A DNA stretch of 64,000 bases from the human T2T-CHM13v2.0 reference genome, Homo sapiens. Each line of letters starts with the position of its first letter. Positions within the stretch are counted from its first letter, which is position 1. Below, piece by piece: positions 27,201 to 53,012 of this stretch. The DNA lies in assembly GCF_009914755.1 (NCBI RefSeq), contig NC_060947.1; one strand, 5' to 3'. The position numbers and the translations under genes are program-made. The notes beneath the pieces are model-generated. The model searched no databases. It saw only the letters and a program-made list of their open reading frames with translations, and had not been told where the DNA came from.

Positions 27201-28704
27201 GCAGAAGTTTGTGGACGACACCTTCCAGGCCATTCTCAGCGTGAACCGGCCCATCCCCATCGCCGTCAAGTACCTGTTTGACCTTCTGGATGAGCTAGCA
27301 GAGAAGCACGGCATCGAGGACCCAGGGACCCTGCACATCTGGAAGACCAACAGGTGCCTTTCCTGCTGCCCCACCCCTGCTGTGCATATGGTCCACTGAG
27401 TCCCAGAGAGACCAGGACATTCCCAGGGTGGATGCGCCCACCTGGGGTTTCTGGAACTTACAGGAAGATCTAGGGCCCAGGTCACCTAGGCCACCAGGCC
27501 AGCTTCCAGCGGCCCCTGGCTCCGAGTGTGTTGCCAGTAGGCTGGAGTACATGGGGCGGAGATCACGATGGCAGGCCAGGGCCTCACGCCCACGCCTGCC
27601 CTGCGCCCCCAGTCTGCTGCTGCGGTTCTGGGTGAATGCCTTGAAGAACCCACAGCTCATCTTTGATGTACGGGTGTCGGACAATGTGGACGCCATCCTT
27701 GCTGTCATCGCCCAGACCTTCATTGACTCCTGTACCACCTCGGAGCATAAAGTGGGCCGGGTGAGAGCAGTGCCAGCAGCAGCAGCTGGCAGGGGCTTGA
27801 GGAGGAAAGGCTTATGGGGGAAGCCTAGAGGGCTGTGCACAGAGCTCTGGGTGGGCAGTGGCAGCATCATGGGGGCACCTTCACCTCCGAGCTCATGCCT
27901 AGCGCCTCCCCTCCCTCCGGAGCAGGATTCCCCAGTGAACAAACTGCTCTACGCCCGGGAGATCCCACGCTACAAGCAGATGGTGGAGAGGTGGGTGTCA
28001 GAGGCATCGGGGCTGCGGGGAAGGGGGCTGCCCCACCCCTAACGAAGTCTGCTCCTCCAGGTACTATGCGGACATTCGCCAGAGCTCTCCGGCGAGCTAC
28101 CAGGAGATGAACTCTGCTTTGGCTGAGCTCTCCGGGGTGAGGCATGGCCCGGGGGGTGCGCCTGTCCACACGTGGGTGGAAAGACTAGCAGAGCAGAGGG
28201 GGGAGACTTGGGGCTTGAGGACCAGGCTGGGACCTCACTGCCCCCCTCCACGTGGTGCCCCCAGAACTACACTTCTGCTCCCCACTGTCTGGAGGCTCTG
28301 CAAGAACTCTACAACCACATCCACAGGTACTATGATCAGGTGAGGCCCAGGGCACTCCGGAGGGGAGGCACAGTGGAGCGGGAGGCCCGTGGACCCTCCC
28401 GGGGGAGCAGGGGTGCCAGCCCATGCTGGCGGGGCCCAGGCTGGGGAAGGGACTCGGCTTTCATTCTGATTCCCCAGGGAGACGCCAGGCAGCCCCTGCT
28501 GGATCCCCAGGCTCCTGCGGTGATGGAAGCAGGGTGGGTGGCCCTGGGCCAGCAGGCAGAGGGGCAGGCTCAGACAGGCACCCTCCTCTGCCCGGGCAGA
28601 TTATCAGTGCCCTGGAGGAGGACCCTGTGGGCCAGAAGCTGCAGCTGGCCTGCCGCCTGCAGCAGGTCGCCGCCCTGGTGGAAAACAAAGTGACTGACCT
28701 GTGA
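15201..28704 (+). CDS. PLXNB3: Plexin-B3, 1909 aa (Sema, PSI, IPT, TM, GAP/RBD, C-terminal PDZ ligand VTDL)
   Basis: 35 coding exons, all GT-AG: 15201-15245, 16539-17579, 17915-18094, 18614-18742, 18828-18928, 19473-19605, 19758-19914, 20004-20112, 20194-20308, 20424-20549, 20631-20747, 20976-21069, 21152-21321, 21530-21681, 21848-21953, 22552-22682, 22896-23072, 23184-23379, 23525-23764, 23852-24010, 24086-24237, 24372-24472, 24546-24769, 24891-25069, 25260-25326, 25553-25880, 26022-26125, 26552-26645, 26873-27045, 27193-27353, 27613-27760, 27926-27990, 28061-28136, 28265-28339, 28600-28704. Sum 5730 nt. Protein reads [26 protein letters not shown]...VENKVTDL. Confidence 0.98.
15876..15989 (+). 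CDS. PLXNB3: Alternative N-terminal coding segment of PLXNB3 (MELTPASS...WLPK, 38 aa)
   Basis: ATG in good context (AGCATGG) at 15876; 114 nt end at AAG|GCAGGT, in phase with the acceptor at 16539. Matches the recalled longer isoform N-terminus. Confidence 0.7.
26138..26490. repeat. G-rich minisatellite in PLXNB3 intron 28
   Basis: Repeated ~25-nt unit GGGCGAGGCAGGGCGGGGCTGGGGC with variants built from 5-mers. Confidence 0.93.
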
Positions 28705-28976
28705 GCTCTGGCTCAGACAGCAGCAAGCCGGATCCACCAACACCGCAGCGCCTTATGACCCCGGAACCGAGCCAGCCACTGAGGGGAGCTGGCAGAGCCT
28801 GGGGGCACAGGGTGCAAAGCCAGGCACTGTGCCCAGCAGTGGGCTCCCTGCCTGCCACCTCCCCTGCCAGCCCACCCACCTTCCCCCCACCTGAGATTGT
28901 TTCTAATTTATAAGGATCCCCCTCCTTCCCCCTCTCCCCATTGTATTTATTTGCCTGCTGGAAAATCACATCCGGA

Positions 28977-28982
28977 AATAAA
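28977..28982 (+). terminator. PLXNB3: PLXNB3 poly(A) signal
   Basis: AATAAA ~270 nt after the stop codon. Confidence 0.85.
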
Positions 28983-28994
28983 ATAGAAATATGT

Positions 28995-29294
28995 CTTTTT
29001 ATTTTATTTTGAGACGGAGTCTCGCTCTCTCTCCCAGGCTGGAGTGCAGTGGCGCAATCTCGGCTCACTGCAACCTCTTTTTCCCGGAGTTCAAGCAATT
29101 CTCCTGCCTCAGCCTCCCGAGTAGCTGGGACTACAGGCGTGTGCCACCACACCCGACTAATTTTGGTATTTTTAGTAAAGACAGGGTTTCCCCATGTCGG
29201 ACAGGCTGGTCTCAAAACTCCTGACTTCAGGTGATCTGCCCGCCTCAGCCTCCCAAAGTGCTGGGATCACAGGCATGAGCCACCGCGCCTGGCC
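28995..29294 (-). mobile_element. AluS-like, antisense, immediately after the PLXNB3 poly(A) signal
   Basis: TTTTATTTTATTTTGAGACGGAGTC...GCGCCTGGCC; TSD-like AGAAATATGTCTTTT / AGAAATGTCTTTT. Confidence 0.93.
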
Positions 29295-30622
29295 AGAAAT
29301 GTCTTTTGACAAAGGGCCCAATCCCCAGCCCCTGCTGTTCCCTGCAGGAGCTGACTCAGTGCTCTCCTGACTGAGAGTCCCTCAGCCCCATGCCTATAAC
29401 CTGCTACCCACGGACAAAGAGAGGCCATCAGGTACCCGGGCTTCACTTTCCCTCCCACTCTCTGACCTCGCTGGCCCCTCCAGCAATGCCTGGCCCACCC
29501 CTACCAGTTCACGGACCCTGGTACAGGGACACTGCACCAATATCTTGGGACAAACACCCTCTCTGCCGAGCCCCCTCCCTTTCATTGGGACTCCTCTGTC
29601 AGGCCCCAGCTGGCCTCCCGGCTCCACCCTCGCCTCTCCATTCCCTTGTCCTTGAAGTGGCCAGAGTGATCTTTTGCTGAGCAGAAGCTCAGTGACCACC
29701 CCCCAACCCCATATCACCCAAGCTCCACATTAAGCCTACAGACACCAGGCCTCTAGTCCTCGCCCTCGAACCATGCGGCAGCCGTGGCCAGCACGTGAAG
29801 GGCTGGAACGCGTCTTGGCCGCAGGCCTTGCCCCACTGTGCCCTGTGCTGCCCTGGATGCTTCTGGGGACCCAATTTCTCCTGGTCTCTCATGATGCAGC
29901 CCCTGGGTCACAGGCCCCTCAGTCACCACCGCACTCATGGGGAAGTGGCTATGGGCTTGCTTGTCCCCAGCAGTGAGCAGCTTCCTGCTGCCTCCCTCAT
30001 GTCTGGCTATGGAGCAGCCCACGACAGGCACCTTGCAAATGGTGGAGAGGAAGAGCAGGCGCTGGGAGCCAGAGCGCCAGGCAGCGTCGCAGGAGCAGGT
30101 TCTGGGCTGGCAAGCTCCCAGGCCTCCCCTCAGCAGGCCTGTTGCCTCTGGTAGGGGAAATGAGGGGTCCCCAGTGACGCCACATTCAGAGGGCACTGGA
30201 CTCCCAGTTGTCCTAGGGGCTGATGAAACATAGAAGAAGCAGGAAGTGGCTGGGAGCAGCCAGGGACAGGGTTCCCATGGGAATGAGAAGGGCACCTCCA
30301 GGAGGATGCCCACAGGGGCACAGGTGGTGGGGGCTTGGCCTAAGGACCAGGTTGCCAAGTGGAGCACATCCCCACAGTCCGCACCGGAGAACGGGAGCCC
30401 GACCTGGGGTACGGGCTGCTTCACCCCCGCGTGGACCTCCCCCTCAGCTGGGGTGCGGAGGCTCAGCCTGGGGGCCCAGTTGCCCCGGTCCCCAAGCAGC
30501 AGCCCCCTCTGCCTCCAGGGTGGGCCTGGAGCAGGAGGGGGGCCTCTGCCCGGGGGCCGGGCTCTCTGGGGCCGCCGTCGCGCCGCCCCCTCCCCGCACC
30601 GCATACCTTGCCCACAGCCGAG

Positions 30623-30679
30623 CAGCTGGGAGGCTATTTATAAAGGCGGGTGAGATCAGCGGCCGGCCAAGGCTATAAA
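30623..30679 (+). promoter_or_regulatory. SRPK3: SRPK3 muscle-type promoter: E-box, MEF2 site, TATA box
   Basis: CAGCTG 30623-30628; CTATTTATAA 30634-30643 (MEF2 consensus YTAWWWWTAR); TATAAA 30674-30679. All lie in a CpG-rich region upstream of the ATG at 30751. Confidence 0.85.
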
Positions 30680-30750
30680 TTCGCAGGCCGCGGCCGGGCC
30701 CCACAGGAGCAGCCGCCCGGGGCACCGGAGCTGCGGGCTGCGTGGCCGGG

Positions 30751-35183
<4,433 letters not shown>

Positions 35184-35375
35184 GCCCGGCTGTGGCTCCA
35201 CCTCCAGCTCTCCGTGCCTTAAGGGAAAAGCGGGACAGCTCCCACCACCCTGCTGGGCGCCAGTTCTCCACAACCACAGGGCAGAGAGACGCTGGAGCCA
35301 GGCCCGGCTCTCAGAGCGTGTTCTGCCTGAGACCCCCGTGAGGGCTCTCGGAGAAAGTGTGTGTATTCCTTTCTT

Positions 35376-35381
35376 AATAAA
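35376..35381 (+). terminator. SRPK3: SRPK3 poly(A) signal
   Basis: AATAAA ~190 nt after the stop codon. Confidence 0.88.
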
Positions 35382-35444
35382 GTGTGGACTGAACATCGGT
35401 GCCTGGAGTGAGGGAGGCCCACGCCAAGTCTAGGGAGAAGGTGC

Positions 35445-35450
35445 TTTATT
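35445..35450 (-). terminator. IDH3G: IDH3G poly(A) signal
   Basis: TTTATT on + (AATAAA on -), ~85 nt past the IDH3G stop codon. Confidence 0.88.
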
Positions 35451-35534
35451 CTGGGATCTGCGTACCAGGCTGGCTGGGGTGCTGGAGTGGGAAGGGGAAT
35501 CCAAGGAGCAAACCAAGAAGGTCCTAGGGCCAGC

Positions 35535-43989
<8,455 letters not shown>

Positions 43990-44350
43990 GACGGAAAGTG
44001 AGAGCCTCCGCACGTCCCGACACGCAGATACCGCTCTCGCGAGAGTTCGACGGGGTGCGAAGTTTCGGGGACAGGCGCGGACCCGGTACTGCGCACGCGC
44101 GCGGTCGCACCGATTCACGCCCCCTTCCGGCGCCTAGAGCACCGCTGCCGCCATGTTGAGGGGGGGACCGCGACCAGCTGGGCCCCTGGCTCAGGGAGGG
44201 GCCACGTCAGTGCTGCCAGAGACGTCACAATGCCGGCCCAGCCGTTCGGTGCGCGATTGGCTGCCGCTGCCACTTACGCGTCGCTCTTCCTCGTTTGCCC
44301 CTCGTGTTCATGGGAGCTCGTTTTCTTTTCCTCTAGGCAGAGAAGAGGCG

Positions 44351-48096
<3,746 letters not shown>

Positions 48097-48129
48097 GGGC
48101 GGCACCCCAGCCCTGCCCTTGCTTCCTTC

Positions 48130-48135
48130 AATAAA
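48130..48135 (+). terminator. SSR4: SSR4 poly(A) signal
   Basis: AATAAA 33 nt after the stop codon. Confidence 0.9.
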
Positions 48136-48657
48136 CATCACAGGACCTGGGACTGCACAGGACCTGGGGCTGCTGGCTTGCGTTATTGTGCCTTCCCCCG
48201 ACTGGGAGAGCTGGGGGCCCAGCGTCCTCTTGTCTGCCTGGCCAGCAGAGGCACCAGGCAGGAAAGGGGTGGGCTTTGGTCTAGAACTCCCGTCCCTCCT
48301 CCCAATGAAGCCCCCCGTCTGGTCCCCACAAAACCCTGTATCCACCTTCCCAGTGACTCTCTCCTGGTTCTGGTGAGGGCAGTGGGCTTGGCCACCTCCT
48401 CCCCAGGTGGCCCCACAGGCTCCATGGGGAAACAGCCAGCCTGGTCTTCATCACAGCTCCTGTGTTGGAAGCCCCGGGCCCATTCCGCACGCAGAGGGGT
48501 TTCCCTGCACTGCTTTCGGGCACAGCAAGTGCCCCCACCCTGCCCATGCGGCGTGCAGCTGTCTGGGCTTGGCCCCTCCATACTCCACACCCTGACCATG
48601 CCACCTGGCTTCCCGTGTGCTGTGCCTTCATGGGATATTGAGAAAATACACACCCAT

Positions 48658-48932
48658 GGCCAGGTGTGGTGGCACACACCTGTAATCCCCACACTTTGGG
48701 AGGCCGAGGTGGGAGGATCACCTGAAGTCAGGAGTCTGAGACCAACCTGGGCAACATGGTGAGACCCTGTCTCTACAGAAAAAATAGAAAAATTAGCTGG
48801 GTGTGGTGGCATGCGCCTGTAGTTCAGCTACTTGACCTGGAGAGGTCAAGGATACAGTGAGTCGTGATCACAGCAGTGTGCTCCAGCCCGGGTGACAGAG
48901 TGTGAGACCTTGTCTCAAGAAAAAAACAAAAC
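48658..48932 (+). mobile_element. Alu (J/S-like)
   Basis: GGCCAGGTGTGGTGGCACACACCTGTAATCCC...GTCTCAAGAAAAAA. Confidence 0.88.
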
Positions 48933-49238
48933 CCCACCTGTGAGGGGTACATCACTTCCTCCTAGAGACACCTCTCCCAAGAGCACCCGCGCCCTCAGGA
49001 CACCAGGCAGGCATCCCGGCCTGGCACCACGCCTGGAGTTCATCCTGCACCTCTCCCATCAGCCTGATTTTCAGCTTGGCACATGCTGGCTCCTGACCAG
49101 CTAATGGTATTCCTTAGTGGCACTGAGGGCCCATGAGGCAGTGAGGGTCTTGGAGTCCAAAGGGACTGGGTGGAAATCCCAGGTGAGCCCTTCCCAGCCA
49201 TGGGACCCAAGTCGGTTTGCTCAGCTGCGAGGCAGTGA

Positions 49239-49659
<421 letters not shown>

Positions 49660-50793
49660 AAGGCTGAAAAGGAGGGAAGGCCCAAAACTTGCCTGGGAGG
49701 TAGGGGCTCCTCAGTACTTCAGCTCGGTGGCTAGAGAGAGCAGCACTGAGGGGCCGGGGGTGTCAGGAGCAGGTGAGGACTGCCTGTGACCTGGGTCTGT
49801 CAGAGTCTCGGGGAGGGGGTCATCTATATAAGCAGGGAGCCCTCTTCCCACCCCCAGGCCTTGGGAGGGGGGTTGGGAGGGGCCGGCTGCCAAGAATAGG
49901 TGGGCTTCTAGGAAGAGCTGGGCGCTCACCCCAGGACAGTGCAGCAGGAGCGTTGGGGCTGAGGGGCCACACCAGCTTTGCCAGCAGATGCAGTTTCTAG
50001 ATTCCAGAGGAGACTCAGCAGCCTGTGCAGGGCGGGTGGCTGGGGCAGGCCGGGTGCAGCAGGCACCGGGGCGACTGTCGGGCGCCCGGTTGCTCTTTTT
50101 AGTTCTGGCTCCACCACGAAGCCTGATGGCCGTGGGACCCAGACGTGAAGTTGCTATTCCAGGGCATCAGTAGCCAAGTGCTGCCAGCCTTCCTGGCGCC
50201 ACCTCTCCCTGAGCCAGCCAAGGGACTCCAGGCTCCAGGCCCATATGAGCCCACATCCCGTGAACACTGGAGGGCACCCCACCATTGGAAGAAAGGGGGT
50301 GCCTTTAGGACCATCCAAGTGAGCCCCCCAGCAGCTAGAGGGAGGCCAAGGGGACAGTTTGACCTCCATCTCCAGTCAACTCCGGCCAATTCCCTGTGGC
50401 TGGGCCCTTGGAGCCTTGTTCCCCCAAGGGACAGGGTTAGGGAGCTGGTCAAGGGTTGGATGTGCCAAGCCCTCATGGGGGTGAGGCCCTGAGGGGTGGG
50501 GGAAGCCATTATCTCCAGCCTCTGCCCTCTGCTCCCCTTCCTGCCATCCAGCCAGCAAGCCTCTTCCCCTCTTCCCTGCTGGTGGGGTGTGATATGCCAG
50601 GCTTTCCCTCCCAGAGCTGCTGTGCGGCAGAGAGGCAGCTGGCACCCTTGTGATCCAGCCTTCCCTGCAGCGGGACTCCAGGCTTCTGGGAACAGGCACT
50701 GGGACTTTTTCCCCCCACAGCCTTCTTAGCGTCTAATCCGTCACTGACTTGCTGCCCCGATCTCGGCACTTAAGAGAAGTTTAAACGAAAAAA

Positions 50794-51087
<294 letters not shown>

Positions 51088-51854
51088 AGATTGTCTTCTT
51101 TCTGGAGAATTTGAATGCCTCCTTGACCACTTCCGCTCCTTCATGGCAGCACTGCCCACTCCAGGGAGTGCCACTCCCATGAGAGGCTGTGCCCATGTTT
51201 TCTGCGGAGTTGTCTTTGAGGCCCTGACCCTGCCCAGCATTGAGCATGGCTCCTAGGACTTGATAGAGCCCGAAGGTTTGCTGAGAGCTCCCAGGATGGA
51301 AGGGCCCTGGCAACGACGCGGTTATTCATCTATCTGGCCAAGACATCCACTAGGTGCCTTCTGCAAACTGAGCACCTTGCTAGGCACTGTGGGATCACCA
51401 AATGGGGAGGGCAGCTTCCGCCTTCCAGAGTGGACGGCATCAGGCCCTGCTGGGAGGGATGGGGCTGGAACCCACTTCTCTGTGGCATGTGCCAGCAGCG
51501 GGCCCCACCTACGGTTTGGCCCATGGAGATGACCGTGGCCCTTGCCTGGAGGCTAGTCTGAAGTCAGGCTTCTGCCAGCCTTCTGCATCTGGTCACCACC
51601 CTGTGACTGTGACACCTCTGAAATGACTCAGGCGACTCTGGTATATCTCCTGGAGTGCCACACAATTGTCCATGGGAGGTCACAGTCACTGCTCCTGACA
51701 TCCAAGACAAACCGAGGGCTGCAGCGTGGCTTTCAGTTGACCCTAACCCTGCCCCCCTCTTCCTTCTCCCACCCCAAACTGACAACTCTTTCCCCAGCCC
51801 AATAAGAATGAACACAGGGAGGCCACGATTCAACCAAGTACAAAGGCAGCTTGC

Positions 51855-51860
51855 TTTATT
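51855..51860 (-). terminator. PDZD4: PDZD4 poly(A) signal
   Basis: TTTATT on +, ~1.15 kb beyond the PDZD4 stop codon. Confidence 0.75.
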
Positions 51861-52888
51861 CTTGAGATGCAGGGGGGGAAGGGGTGGTGCAGTCTGTCTG
51901 CCTCCAATCTGGGGCTCTCCAAGCCTAAGGGGCACCCCACAGGCAGCCTAGTTCACACGTGCAAATCCTGAGGAGGTTGGGGGCCTCTCCTTCCCAGTCA
52001 GCCCACCGCCTCTCACTGGGGTCCAGGTTGCGGATCGCCACCAAGTCCTCCCCAGGCCGCATGGCCCGAGGTCTTCCACTGCTGCTCATGGGGCTTGGTT
52101 TCTAGAGCCCTCACCATCTAAGCACCTTCCTCAGTTCACTCAGAAGAGAAGCCCCTGCTCCAGATGGTGTGGGGCGCAGAACGGGCTCTGTGACTTCTTG
52201 GTGGACACCCTGCAGGACCCCTCCGTTCCTGCAGTCTTGCTCTCTCTGAGTCACTGGGGAAACAGGTGCCCCCCAGAGGCTCCCCGTTCCCACACCTCAG
52301 AGTGGAAGCCACCAGAACAGCTGCTTCCCATTCCTCCCACCTTTCCCTCCCCTTCCCTCCCATCCATCCCCAGCCCTCCCTCCCACTCTTCCTCCCCAAC
52401 TCCCTTCCCAGCCATCAGTGGAGAGGGGAGTTCCACTTCTGCCAGGCTGCCTGAAGGAGCTGCCAGCCCCCAGGGCAGGTCCACAAAACAAAACAACTAT
52501 TGGCAAGCACAGAAAGGGAGAAAAACCACAAAAATCAGGGGTGCCTTTGTCTACAAATAACTGCAGTGCGCAGCGGCGGGGAGAGGCCGCGCTCAGCAGC
52601 GAAGCCGGACACTCTCTTGTGCTCCTTTCAGCTCAGCTTCCCTGTCTGCAAGTACACGGGTCGGGTGGAGAGAGCACTGGGTGTGTGTGTGCGTGCACGT
52701 GCAAGCACACGCAAGAGCATGGGGGATGGGGAATGCACACGCACAGCTGAAGGGGTGCCCATCACAGGTGTGCCCCCAGTGCTGGCCACTGGCATGGTCA
52801 CTTTACTTGGGCAGAAGGAAGAAAAGCGTCCCTTCTCCTCAGGGGCTTCTCTCTGCTAACAAAGCCCTGTGCGCACACCCAGACGAGA

Positions 52889-52939
52889 TGTGTGCGTGCG
52901 CACAGCGAGCACGCGCGCGCGCACACACACACACACACA
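52889..52939. repeat. Alternating purine-pyrimidine tract, (CG)n(CA)n, in the PDZD4 3' UTR
   Basis: TGTGTGCGTGCGCACAGCGAGCACGCGCGCGCGCACACACACACACACACA. Confidence 0.9.
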
Positions 52940-53012
52940 ATCTCTATAGGAGAGTGAGGGCCGGGGCCCCAGGGGGTTCCCTGGGCCTGGGCCGTGTACC
53001 CGCCCGGGCAGC

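Noticed and set aside
28690-28704. PLXNB3 PDZ ligand (VTDL) pairing with neighbouring PDZD4 as a functional module
   Set aside because: Established plexin-B PDZ partners are PDZ-RhoGEF and LARG; genomic adjacency alone is not evidence.
44256-44274. ATTGG-N9-CCACT as an ERSE
   Set aside because: The CCAAT box is inverted relative to ERSE (CCAAT-N9-CCACG), the spacing does not fit ERSE-II, and CCACG is mismatched.
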